Position numbers and translations under genes: made by a program
In this document: piece by piece, positions 27,958-40,975 of the stretch
Layout: every line of letters begins with the position of its first letter
Numbering within the stretch: the first letter of the stretch is position 1
Origin: Blastocystis sp. Blastoise
Taxonomy: Eukaryota > Protista > Bigyra: Opalinata
NCBI GenBank assembly: GCA_039096225.1
Contig: JBBPEB010000017.1
Span: 496,001 to 560,000 of the forward strand
Length of the DNA stretch: 64,000 nucleotides
Direction: 5' to 3'
The notes under the pieces: model-generated
The model's input: only the letters and a program-made list of their open reading frames with translations
The model's database searches: none
Told to the model about the DNA's origin: nothing

Positions 27958-29063
27958 TTATTATTATTATTATTATTATTATATAGTTACTCCTGGATTT
28001 AGTGTGAAAATATCTCCTTATTTTAGAACGCCATTAATTCCCCGCGGTTATTACCTCAATATGGATCGATACATGTATTATAAGAATTATAAGAATCCTT
28101 CTTCCATTCACATAATATCCGCGGTTATTCAAGTTAATTTATATGATTTAAATTATAATAATGTCACTCTTCCTCGATCTCGTCTATATATAACATTTAT
28201 TATTAAATTATTACCCTTTATGGAAAAATCAAATGAAGAACTGTATATATATATATATATGTATATATGATTTATTTTTTATATATTCATAATTCTCTTT
28301 ATTAATATGTTATATATATATATATATAGTTGTCTTGGTTCTTTGAGAGATGACGCGTCATGGGAGTGCGTCAGTACTGTCACATTATTACCTTCACCTA
28401 TGTATATATGATTATATATAATATATATATATGTATATATGATTATATATATATATATATATGTATATATGATTATATATATATATATATATATAGAAAA
28501 GGAACACGATATGCTCGTGGATCTATTAAAAAGAGTGGAATATTCGCGGTTATTTCTCATAATATTTATATCAAAAAAACTTATTTCTACTGGTTTGAAA
28601 AGATTGTATATAATTATATATATATATTTGACTATAATAATATACATATTTGTATATACTATATATATAGGAATATATACAATATCTATTAGACGGAGTA
28701 CTAGTGGCATTTTTCATTTTCTTGCTTTCTGTTTTCTACTGTTTTAATTATTATCGAATGAAAATCAAAATTATTGATATTATTAAACAAAATCAAGTAT
28801 ATATATGTAATATTTATTTTTATTTTTATTATTTTATTATTATTTATATATGTAGAAAAATATGTGTTTTTAGTATAATTATTATTTTAGTTTTTATTTA
28901 TGAATATATATGTATATATACATATGTTTAGATGGATCGTGAACTCTTTCAAGATACAAGTATGTATACCATGTCACTCAATCCCTTAGTAAAACAAGAT
29001 ATATATTCATTTATGGGGAATAACTATATATATAAACTTGGAAATAATCAAAATAATCAATAA
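8755..29063 (+). CDS. Giant multi-exon type I membrane protein: signal peptide, fibro-slime/PA14 domain, filamin/Ig-like repeats, many Cys-rich CPxxxPxxCxDGxC repeats, juxtamembrane domain, single TM helix, short tail
   Basis: [17 protein letters not shown]; [16 protein letters not shown] and [17 protein letters not shown]; repeated DIYGN/DIHGN motifs at 12.3-18.5 kb; Cys repeats at 19.7-27.5 kb; [25 protein letters not shown]; stop 29061-29063. Junctions checked were in frame but not all were verified, so two adjacent genes cannot be excluded. Confidence 0.7.
9800..10165 (+). repeat. Tandem duplication (130-bp period, two ~65-bp subunits) spanning an intron 3' end and exon start
   Basis: TCTTATTCTATATATATAGTCCATGTTTTTTAAATATATA recurs at 9865, 9995 and 10125, with AC-variant copies near 9950 and 10080. 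Confidence 0.9.
16600..16760 (+). repeat. (ATTT)n intronic microsatellite
   Basis: Directly visible tandem ATTT units. Confidence 0.9.
17968..18050. repeat. (TA)n microsatellite forming most of an intron
   Basis: About 80 bp of uninterrupted TA between GT and AG. Confidence 0.95.
26049..26073 (+). promoter_or_regulatory. Perfect four-unit heat-shock element plus TATA-like box upstream of the transposase
   Basis: TTC-TA-GAA-AT-TTC-TA-GAA at 26049-26066 followed by TATATAA, about 110 bp before ATG 26176. Confidence 0.6.
26176..27189 (+). CDS. Tc1-family DD34E transposase, intact and intronless (337 aa from ATG 26176)
   Basis: N-terminal HTH ([12 protein letters not shown]), GRP linker, [19 protein letters not shown] and [12 protein letters not shown]; 34 residues between the second D and the E. 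Confidence 0.97.
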   Translation: MGKYVVITEREFRKMIRDGYTDEQIAIHFHCSLRTVARRRSQYNMSKSTKKGGRPQVLTPSNLREINNIVPKSSENSSVLLDIFQKKTGTHVSKRSFIRGLHAVGYVAKKKLHKPLISEKNRKVRLDWCLKYRNMPISFWENVLWSDECSIRTHQSTFQEYYWKKPGSPNKPSEIIPTMKNDGKSIMIWGCMTQHGAGQMEVLDGHVTSLKYGETLGRTLPSTVEKLQIDPKTMVFQQDNAPIHKSKKMNSFFKTAQLTVIDWPPQSPDLNPIEHLWVYIKRRLQRNSHCGYTLSQLKVEVDKIWRSIPVNVCERLVLSMPKRIEAVIANNGGFTRY

Positions 29064-29537
29064 TTAGTATAAAAATAATATTATATTTTTTATGTCAGTT
29101 TATATCATATTATTTTAGCAATTTATTTCCAAATAATAATATATATATATTTATTTTTCTCTTTTTCTCTTTAAACATTTGTTCTCCATTATTTTTCACT
29201 TTTCTTGTCATACATCAACTATGTCATTCTTTTCATACTTTTAGTATTATTATTATTATTCTATTTATTGTTTTTATTGCTACCTATAGTAGTATATGTT
29301 TATATTCAACTTATTTTCTATTAATAATATGATACATATAAAAGAAATAGTTTTGTTTTATATGTTCTTTGTTTTTATTTGATATATATTTTGAAGCAAA
29401 TTATTGATTATAACATTGCTCCGTATATAATAAATATATTTTTAATGAATAAAATAAAAGATCTGACTTAGATATTATTGAATATATATATATATATATA
29501 GCATAACTCTGAATAAACAATTAAATGACATCATATA

Positions 29538-31538
29538 TTATTCTATATATTCTAAGATAGATGAGGAATCATCAGACCGTTTAATATAACTATAGAAATA
29601 TAACTATATATATACTTATCTATACTTAATAATATATATAGAAAAACTCATACTTAACAATATATATATATATATAACTATATATATATAATACTTTCCA
29701 CCTTCTAAAAGAAGTTCGATTTCATGGCAAATACTATCTCTCTGTACATTCCATCCAATCGTATTATAATACGTTAAAATATCGTTACAGAGTGCGTCAT
29801 AACCGGATATTTGTTTCTTTTTCATGATATTTATAATTGTAGCACGTAGAGACATTCTAAATATATAGTTATATATAGATATATAGATTAATACCATATA
29901 TAATGATAATTAAACTAAATATTTTGATCTATATATTCATACTCTAGACTTTTATTTATACATGTAGAAACATTCTGAGATTGTTCTTTATATATATATG
30001 TATATTTATATTCATAGGAGGCTCTTTGAGTTATATATATTGAGGAACATGGATTGAAATGTGTATTATAATAATACTTATTATTTTCAAAATGAAGAAT
30101 TAAATTATAACTATAAATATAGAATAATATATAAAAATATAGAATAGAAATATACATAACTAAATCTTCTAGAATCAATTGACAATACTGTTTTTGTGTT
30201 TCTGGAATACTGTTTTGTGACATATACTGTTTCAATGTGAACGGCTTTCGAGGAAGAGACACAAATATAAAACCCTATTTATATATATATATATAATAAT
30301 ATATATATATATATAAGATATATTATATATATATACATGAATAGTAGGTAGATGTAATATATATTTCTGATGATTATATATAGCTTGTATTGTTAAATAT
30401 CCATAAGTTTCATCCTACATATATATATATAGTAAATATAATAATATAATTAGTACTATATCAATCATAATCTACTAAGAAAATAGTTATATATATACAA
30501 TAAAATAATTTTTTTGTTCAACTTGTTTCCCAAAAGATCGAATAGAATTAGTAGTGTTTGAAATACTATTTCCTGGTGTTGTATTATGATCATTATTAAA
30601 TGATTGTGTTTTTCGCTGAACACGTGATTTGAGAGAAGTGTACAATGAAGACGTTGATAAATATAATGACAACGCGGGAACATGTTTGGCGGGATATAAA
30701 TTACCTGGAATTATCTACATAGTAATAATATAATAACAACATATAGATAAGTAATAAGCATGTATATACAATATAGTTTATAAGTATAGTTGATTTTTGA
30801 TATGTGTATATATATGTGTATTTATGAATAGAATCATTTAGTAACTGCATAGAGAGTGTTTTCTCTTTTAAAGGACGGCAATTCGACAAGTAGCAAGCAT
30901 TCTAGAATATATATTGTTATATATATATATACAGATATATACCAAGTTCCGTATTTTTTGAGTATAAAGAGGATCAATTGAACAAGAATCGAAGAGCTAT
31001 ATATATAATTATTATTATCATATGCATAATATGATCAATTATATAAATATAATAGGTATATTAAATGTATTATTTAATTAATCATTTAATTATTAATGAA
31101 TACTTTTTTTTCTAAGTCATAATTTATTATTTCAGTTAAAAGTCGTTGAGAATAGAGAGGGATATAAAAATCTAAAAACGTATTATGTCCATATCCCATG
31201 CATATCTATATATATATATAATATATATATATATATTATATATTACTTTAAACATAAACGATAAAATTGGAAAATATGTCATAGAATCTGTCAATATACT
31301 TATAGATATCTATAGAGCATATATAATGATTCTATAATATCACTTATATACATAACAATACATGAATATTTCATTTATATATATAATAAAGATATATAAT
31401 AAACAACAAATATTGAAATAGTATCATTATATATATACAATAAGTTGATGAAGATAAATAGTACATGTATATAAAGAGATAGAAAGAGAAGAGAGTAACT
31501 TGATAGCACACTCAACACTTATCTATATATAGATAAAA

Positions 31539-31590
<52 letters not shown>

Positions 31591-31630
31591 AGAGCTGTCT
31601 GGTGTTCTAAATGAATATTCAATTGATGAC

Positions 31631-31685
<55 letters not shown>

Positions 31686-31890
31686 TGTTACTGACAACAT
31701 ATTCTTATTTATATATTCATTAGTATGTAATTTATTACATTCACAATATTCGAATTCGATTTCTTCTTCGACAGGTGTCGCATCTAAATGAGCACATGAT
31801 TTCTTAATGACAATATCTTCATCATCCAATGGACTTAAACTGTCAATAGATAACGAAGTCATCGGCGATCGATCATCTGCCATTTCTGTA

Positions 31891-31975
<85 letters not shown>

Positions 31976-34666
31976 TATAAAATTACCATAATTAGCATTC
32001 AATTGTTTTGCCAAATAATTGTAGTTATTATAATACATATAGTTATATGAAGAGTTAGAGTGCATAAAAAAAGAAGAGGAGAAAGGAAGAGAAAGAAGAG
32101 AAGAAGAAAGGTGAAAGAGAGATATACATAACGAATAAATCATTTCCAAGTGAATAATAAAGGAAATATAGTTGTTATATAGAAAATAGAAAACATAAAA
32201 TATATACAACCACAGAGTTCACAAAAAGAAAGATACAAATATCTAATATATATATATAAGTATATAAAGGATATAATAATACAAATTAATAAATGCAGTT
32301 GTGTCGTTTGAGTGGTTTCTCCAGGAATAGAGATATTTAGAAATGGAATACTATTCTTAAAATGAAGAGAAGATCGAAGAGTTTCCCTGTTTCCCTGTTT
32401 TATATCAGTTATTTTTTCTTTTAACTATATATATATCCATATATTGGATAGTATATAGATTATAATATTCAACATTGATAAGATTATGATGTATATTCTA
32501 TTATATATATATACATTTTCATATAATATCATCTTTAGAAGTTCGCGTAAAGTGATTGTTTCATTCTCTTTCATGTTTGTAATGATATTATTCACGGTAA
32601 TTTCACTGATTCCTCGATGTTTTTCAATTTTTTCATGATTATTTACGGGTAGAAATAGAGAAGAAGAAGGAGTAGATGCATTCATAATATTTATATATTC
32701 ATTTGAATAACGATAATTCGCGTCAGAATGATATATGCAATTCAGAAAAGTTACCAAAAAGGAAAGATTACACTATAGATATATATAACAACAATAAATA
32801 TTTTATACTTTATAGTATAGTATATATATACAGAATTCGTTGATAAAGATGGAAATAGAGAAGAGAAAAAAGAAGGCGTTTTCCATGAAGAATATTCATT
32901 AATATATTTAGTTATGAAAAACTACATATATATAGATATAGTATCAGATAATTATAAGAAATAAAAAAAATATAATGGAAATAATTACATATATATATTA
33001 TACTTCTTCATAATAATCTTGTATATCATCGACTGGCCAGATTCGTTGAATAACCGTGAATATTTTATGAGCTTTTTGATTCTATATAAATATATAATTC
33101 AGCTATCATAGTGATGTGTTTATAAAAAATATAAAATAAAAAAATGTTTTTTAAACATATTATCAATATATATATATAATATTTTAAGAAAATATATTAA
33201 ATATATAATAAATATACTATAAATATATTATAAATATAGTATAAATATTATAAATATATTATAAATATATCATAAATATATTATAAATATCATAAATATA
33301 TCATGAATATATACTTGAGCTTCTAAATCTTTCAACGAATATATTGAATTCATATGTTTTTGAAGAAGAGATTGTATAAATTTGCTATTAATAAATAGTA
33401 AGAAAATAGCATTATAACTAATAGAATTATCACTTTTATAAAACAATAATTGAATATTTTCCCACGTCCACGTAGAAAGCGACATATATACATAATCTTC
33501 AACTTGATATAAATCAATAAAAATATAAAAACTTTCACTATAAGTATGTAGAGTTATAGAATAGATATTATATATATATTATTAATATATTATTAATATA
33601 TTATAAATATATAATAAATCTATAATAAATATAATAAATCTATAATAAATATAATAAATCTATAATAAATATAATAAATCTATAATAAATATAATAAATC
33701 TATAATAAATATAATAAATAGACGACATATAATTTTTATATATCAACAACGAAATATACACAATGAAAAAAGATAGTAAAACATAAAAGATCATAATACA
33801 ATTAATATCTTATTATTTAAATAAATATACATAAAATATAGATTTGGTGTTTGTTTCTTTTGTTTATATGCATTAATTAGTTCATGAATAGTATACAAAG
33901 AAAATTCTTCCCAGAAAATAGAATAAAATAAATTTATACTTGTCTATAATGGTAATAGATTAAGTAAAAACAAGAATATTCATATATATACTTCGACAGA
34001 TAGAATAAAAAGATTATATTTATTTTCTACGACAACTACAGGATTCATTAAATAATATTCATCATCAATAACACACAAATAATCTTCAATCAACTTTGCA
34101 TATTCAAACCATGATCGCAAAAATTCTTTAATCCTCTGTATTTGACACAAATTAGAATATACTGTATATGAATCAAATGTTTATATAAATAGAATACGAT
34201 AATCTTCTCTTGAAAAGAGGAAAGAGTGCTGATTTCATGAAAAATATCATTTACTGTATCATTTATATACTAAATATAATTTCTTAAGATTATATTTATA
34301 TGATTTTAGATACCCTTTTGATAGATTCATAAAACTGTTTTGTAGAATCTCCAAAATGATTGTCATCTCTTTGAATAAACGAAATTAAATTCTTAGAATG
34401 ACCGAGTATTTCATAATTTAGTTCATATGAGTCATCTTGAATCATCAAAGAATGAAATAAAGGCTATAGAAATATAATTAGCAACACAAAGTGGAATACT
34501 TGGTATATAGTTTTTATTAATAAATTCTGTAGCGTTTTTTCCCCTATTTGGCATCGTTCGAATATTAAACTCAAATCACTAATGTGAATCATGAGCTTTC
34601 ATGAATAACATACAAAGAATCATTGTGTAAGCCCGATAGATATTGACCATGTAGTCTTGAATTCAT
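29538..34666 (-). CDS. Divergent cullin-family protein, multi-exon, with poly-Asn insertions
   Basis: C-terminal LRATIINIMKKKQ...IELLLEGG/YIKRSDDSSSILEYIE* matches the cullin neddylation winged-helix (AAIVRIMK...LIEREYLER); start codon and internal exons tentative. Confidence 0.7.
33601..33719. repeat. 20-bp intronic minisatellite (TATAATAAATATAATAAATC), about 6 copies
   Basis: Directly visible. Confidence 0.85.
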
Positions 34667-35028
34667 TGTTTATTTTAAAATAAAACATTGTGAGCAATGA
34701 AAAAGAATGAAACAGGAGTGAAGAAAGGATTCAATTATTGTGATGATTCTTAAGATATCTGATTGATCTTGAGAATCTTTTTACTCGTTCATATTAATGT
34801 GCTATATATTTATTTATAAAAAGAAAAAACTCTTGCCAATGACACATTTCATTGTCTGTAACTCCTCTCAACTATTCAAAATGATGAGTACTATAGATGA
34901 AAACCTGCAAAAGTAATGCAAATATTATTTTTGAAACAATACTTATGTAATATTCGCATTTCATAACAAAGAAAGAAATTTATAACAAAAATTTAAATAA
35001 TTTTTGGATTTTTCATTCTTTTCTCATT

Positions 35029-37505
35029 ATGAATAATATTCTGAGTGTATTGAATGATATAAATGCTATAGCAGATAAGGTGTCAAATATATCATTAAAT
35101 TTGAGCAAAAATATTACCTATGAGGTGCGAGAGGCATCTTTGAATGAAGCAGAATCTTTAAAGCCTTTTTCAAATAAGAAGTATGAACTTTATATATATA
35201 CATATACTATATATTATTCCAGGATTATTCCCCAACAGAGAAAAATGGAAGAAATATTTGAAGAAATGCAAGATGTGATTAATCAATATAGTTTATATGA
35301 TCACATGCAGAAGGTTGAAGCATTGAAGGCTCAATATATGGGCTTAGAAACTACAATTAAGACTTTAAAGAATAAAATAAATGATGTATGATATAATGAA
35401 TGCATAATTTTTATAATTTAGTATACGGGAAGTAATCGTTCGTTGACCATTGAAAGTCGTTACAAAGGTTTTGACAATGATTTTAAGGTATATTTGATTA
35501 TAGATGATATTCAATTATGTTTGAAGTTATGTTATTATTATTTCTAGCATGAAGTCGATGGTTTAGAAGCAGAAGTTAATTCGATTACGGAATCTCTTAT
35601 AAATCTTCAAACAAAAGTATTTGATTCTATTCTAAGATATATAGAATAATAATGATATCATATAAATATAGAATGCCTTATATATATATAGTTGGATACA
35701 TTAACATGCCAAAATCATGATTTAGATATAGCTATTTCTCAAGTTGATGATCTTAGTAAACAATGTGATCAGGAACGTCAAGAAAATATTGACCTACAAG
35801 TATATATATGTCTTTAGATATTTATAGATATAGAATTTATTATGTATTGATTTTAGTTTAATGTTTATTAATTACTTATAATACCGTAGTACAATTAATG
35901 ATATATATATATATGTATATATATAGATAGAAATAGAAAATAACCGTGAAAAATTAAGTCAAATAAATGATAAAGTGCATCAGTTCCGGACATTATATGC
36001 ACAAGCTATTGTGTATGTATTATATATATATGTAATGAATATTGTTATATATATAAATGTATATTTATCATGAGAGATATTTTTGTTTATACTATTATAT
36101 ATATATAGAAATGATACAAATCAGTCTAGTGAAATACATGGTGCATATATACAAAGTTTGGAAGAAAAACAATCGTTACTTAAAGAAGTATTCTATTCTA
36201 TATATATATTTATTCTTCTTATATTTATATACATTAATCAACTTTTTTATATTATATATATAAAATATTTATTTATGTACAGTGTATTCTATATATATAT
36301 TTATATATATATATAGATAGAATCTATAAAAGAGAAGATTCAAGTACGTGAAGAAGTTCAAACAAAAATGCGGGAAACCCATCCCGCCATTCAAGGGGCA
36401 TATTCTGTTGTATATAATGATTATTAATATAATAATAAATATAATAATGATTATTAATATAATAATGATTATGAATATTATAATGATTATAATAATGTTA
36501 TGAATATAATAATGATTATAATAATGTTATGAATATATTAATAATTATAATAATGATTATTAATATAATAACAACTATTATAATGATTATTAATATAATA
36601 ACAACTATTATAATGATTATTAATATAATAACAACTATAATAATGTTATGAATATAATAATGATATAAATATAATCCATATACATTATTTATGCATATAT
36701 ATTTATAGTTAAAAGAAAACACTAAATGTCTTCATTCTATGGATGGTCAACAAAAAGAATTATATAAGAAAGAAACAGCTATTAAGTATATAGTATTATA
36801 TATACTCTTTTATAATATTATAGTTTTTCTATTTTTATTGATATATCTATATACTGTATTTATGATTATTATGCTTATAATATAATATAATATAATATAT
36901 TATAGAACTTTATGTGCTCATTTCTTAAATGAATCTTCATCACCAACTTCTTTAGCTCTTAAAGTATATATTATCATATTTATTAATATTATTATATCTA
37001 TTATATCTATTATATATTAGTATATTATTATATTTATTATATATTGTCATATTTATTAATATTATTATATCTTTTATATATTAATATATTATTATATTTA
37101 TTATATATTATCATATTTATTAATATTATTATATCTATTTATCTATTAATATATTATTATATTAATATAATTATATCTATTTATCTATTAATATATTATT
37201 ATATCTAATAGCTATATATATTATTATATCATTATTATTAACTTTTTCTTCCAAAGAATCAATATATTGTTTTTATTTTATTCATAATATACTCTATGAC
37301 TATATATATAATATTATATATATATATATAGCTCATTCATGAGAATGGAGGAAGTATGCCATTAAGTGACTTAAAAGCAAATTTATTACAACAACTAGGA
37401 GATAGTTCTAAAATATTAAGTACTATATATACATTGGTGGGTCAGTCTTTATTGAAAATAGATCGGTCACATGGAGAAAATATTGTTATATCATTAATCT
37501 ATTAA
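35029..37505 (+). CDS. Uncharacterised coiled-coil protein with a probable C-terminal winged-helix-like domain, multi-exon
   Basis: Heptad-rich E/K/Q exons; last exon LIHENGGSMPLSDLKANLL...IYTLVGQSLLKIDRSHGENIVISLIY*; divergent from the cullin gene. Confidence 0.7.
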
Positions 37506-38011
37506 TCCTTTTGATTTTTCATTATCATTATTTTATTTCTATTAATTCTCAATTTTATTTATTTTTATTAATATGTGTATAAATAGTATATGTTTCATTT
37601 TATCTATACTATATATTACTTCTTTCACACAACTTTTAAATAATTAAACTCAATAATTCTTTATTCTTTCATTTTCCAATTAATCTAATTTCACCTATTA
37701 TTAATTCAGTCTTTTAAAAATAAAATAAAAAAAAAACTAGTTAATGCATGAAACTATAGAATTCTCAAATTTACAACCAATGTGGCAAATATAAATTATG
37801 ACCAGATTCTTATCCGACATTTCCTTTCTTCTAAATACTAATAAACTAAATAATAATCTTTCATTTCTTCTAGTTTATGAGAAAACAGAAAAATTGCAAA
37901 AATATCGGTCTCAACGAGTCACATTCGAAAAATAATCAGTATTCTTTCTCCTAAAGAAATAATTTTTCTTTATTCATACAATACTGCTTAACTTGGTTGG
38001 AATAGTAAAAA

Positions 38012-38895
38012 ATGAATAAGACTTATTTATTTGGACTTTTATGCTTCTTCGGATATGTCTCTGCAATCACTTACAAACTAGAATCTAATACAGAAGAATG
38101 TTTCTTTGAAGTTGTTCGAGAAAAACCTGTTGTCATTCTTTCCTATGAATTAGTATCTGGAGATGCCCATGGTTTTGATGTTAATGTTAAGAATGGTGAT
38201 AACGTATTATATACTAAAAGTGAGCTAAATGAAGATGATACCCATTTCACTGCTGAAAAAGGTCAAAAACTTAGTGTTTGTTTCAAGAATCGAGCTGGTC
38301 TTCCTAAAACGCTCTCTTTTCGTTTCCAAGCTGGTGCTATGATTTCTTCAGAGAAACATGGTGCTCATTCTGATTTTGTTACTGAACGTATGATCTATTT
38401 ATATATGAAATGCTATTTAAAAAAATAATATGCATTTTTCTTTTATGCATCCTTTAAAAATTGTATTATATATAATATATATAGATGATATGGATGCATT
38501 AGGTGATAAAGTCCATGAATTATCAACTGAAATATTTGCTATGCAAGATGAACAGAGATATACTAGAACAAAACAATTCTATTATAAGGATGGTATATCT
38601 ATAATAATAAGAATATTTTTTTTAATTCAATTTCTTATTTATTAGTCTTATTATCTTTTATGAATCACATATGTTTTGTATATCATCATGATATCTATAA
38701 CTATATTCTACAACTCCTATATTCTTAAAATTATATATATTATAAATATTTAAAATTTTTTTTTATATAGGTCTTTCCAAGATGAGTAAGAAACTTCTTT
38801 TTGCTTCATTATTTGAAATTGTTGTCATGATTATTTGTTGCTTCCTTCAATTCCTTCATTTCAGAAACTTGATTGCTACAAGAAAACTACGATAA
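38012..38895 (+). CDS. p24/emp24/gp25L (TMED) cargo receptor; 3 exons
   Basis: Signal peptide, GOLD domain (EECFFE...SVCFKN), coiled coil (MQDEQRYTR), TM (LFEIVVMIICCFLQFLHF) and basic tail RKLR*. Confidence 0.92.
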
Positions 38896-39706
38896 ACTAG
38901 TCAACCAATTTAATTCTATGTGAAATTTATGTATATAGTTTAAAAACCCTCCTCTGTTTCTTATTATTATCGTTGAATACATTTCTTCTTCCAGTTTTTT
39001 TTGTTTCATCTCTTTTTTATACACTTTCAAAGGACATTATACATCAATTCTAGCATTTATTAATATGCTGACATTACCTGCTTCATCATGATACACACTT
39101 TGTATGAAAAAAAATCTTTTGTTTAGACAATTCTCCAATTCCACAAAAAAATCTTTTTATCTCTATTAAAAAAAATTCACACTTCCTGTTTTTCTTTTAA
39201 TATGCTTTAAATGTATTTATATTAAAAAAAGAAGCTCTTTTAAAGGAAATAGGAGATAAATAAGTTGTTATCCATATTCTCTTTTCGTGAAAATGTGTTT
39301 CTCTTCTTGAATCTTATGTAGAAGCGAAGATGTTTTTAAAAATCAAGATTCTAGTTCATCTTATTATAATAAAAAAATGGAACCTTCCAGATTTGAGGTC
39401 AAAAAAACAAACGACGTTTCATCGATGACAGAGACCTACTCTTCCACCTGATTTTCTCCTTCATTTTTTTCCCACGAGAATTTTTAAAAGTTGAAGGACG
39501 AATAGACTCCTTTCCATGGTTTTATTTTTCAAATAGAAAATTCTGTTGGAAAAGTCAGCGAATCTGCACCAATAGAATAGTAGAATTCAAATCATTTGAC
39601 AAACCTTGATGACAATAGGCTATGACATATTATCTTCTTGATTGGTATGTTTGGTTCTTTACTTATAAATTATTTTATTTTTTCCTTCTTAAAGCTCTAT
39701 TTTATA

Positions 39707-40830
39707 ATGCAACCCGTTAAAGTTCTTGTCTCTGGTGCCGCTGGTAACATTGGTTATGCTATTCTTCCTATGATTGTATATATTTATTATATTTTATCCA
39801 TTTTATATATTGTTTCTTCTATTTTCTTCGTTTTTTTTTATAATTTCTTCTATTTTATTCGCTTTTCTATTCTATTTCTCAAATATAGTGCAAGGGAGAA
39901 GTCTTTGGACCTAACCAACCTATTGAATTAGTTCTTCTTGATATTACTCCTTGTCTTCCTAAGCTTACTGGTGTTGTCATGGAACTTGATGATTGCGCTT
40001 ATCCTCTTCTTAAGAATATCATTGCTACTGATGATGCTATGGTTGCCTTCAAGGATGTTAAATTTGCTTTCTTAATTGGTGGTTTCCCTAGACTGAAGGG
40101 TATGGTTCGTAAGGATCTTATCTCTAAGAATACTGCTATTTTCAGTACTCAAGGTAAGGCTATTGAAGCTGTTGCTGATAAGAACATCAAGGTTCTTGTT
40201 GTTGCTAACCCTGCTAACACTAATGCTCTTGTCTGTATGGAAAACTGTCCTTCTATTCCTAGAAAGAACTTCAGTGCTATGACTAGATTAGATTATAACA
40301 GATCTCGTTCTCTTATTGCTAGAAAGATCAATGCTACCTTAAATAAGGAAATTTCTTGTTCTGAAGTTAAGAAACCTATTATTTGGGGTAATCACTCTGA
40401 TACTCAATATCCTGATGTTTGTCACGCTACTGTTGATGGAACTCCTGTTCGTGAACTTATTAAGGATGATGAATATTGGTTTGGTGAATATCTTAAGACT
40501 GTTCAATTAAGAGGAAAGGCTGTTATTGAAGCTCGTGGTGCTTCTTCTGCTTTCTCTGCTGCTAATGCAGCTTGTGATCATATGCATGATTGGGTTCTTG
40601 GTTCTGAAGAAGGTAATTATGTTTGTATGGGTGTTTGTTCTGATAACAACAAATATGGTGTTCCTGAAGGTTTAATTTATTCCTTCCCTGTTACTTGCAA
40701 GGATGGTGAATGGCATTATGTTGAAGGACTTGAAATTAATGAAAAGGCTAGAGAACTTATGGATCTCTCTGCTAAGGAACTTCAAGAAGAAAGAGAAGCT
40801 GCTATGGAAGTTCTTAAGGCTGCTAACTAA
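39707..40830 (+). CDS. MDH1: Cytosolic NAD-dependent malate dehydrogenase; exons 39707-39775 and 39889-40830
   Basis: VLVSGAAGNIGY, GGFPRLKGMVRKDL (MDH specificity Arg), VVANPANTN, MTRLDYNR, IWGNHS, SSAFSAA. Confidence 0.97.
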
Positions 40831-40975
40831 ATTTGATTTGCGTATTATTTAATTGTTAATAGTTGTGTATCATATTATTTTTGATAATTTTTGTTTTGTT
40901 ATTCTTTTAAAAAAAAATATTTTAAATAGATTAAAAAAAAAGAAAAACTAAATAACCGTTTATCGTATATTCAGA

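Noticed and set aside
34881-35044. C/D-box snoRNA candidate (ATGATGA...CTGA)
   Set aside because: The D box falls within a CDS, with no terminal stem or recognisable rRNA guide
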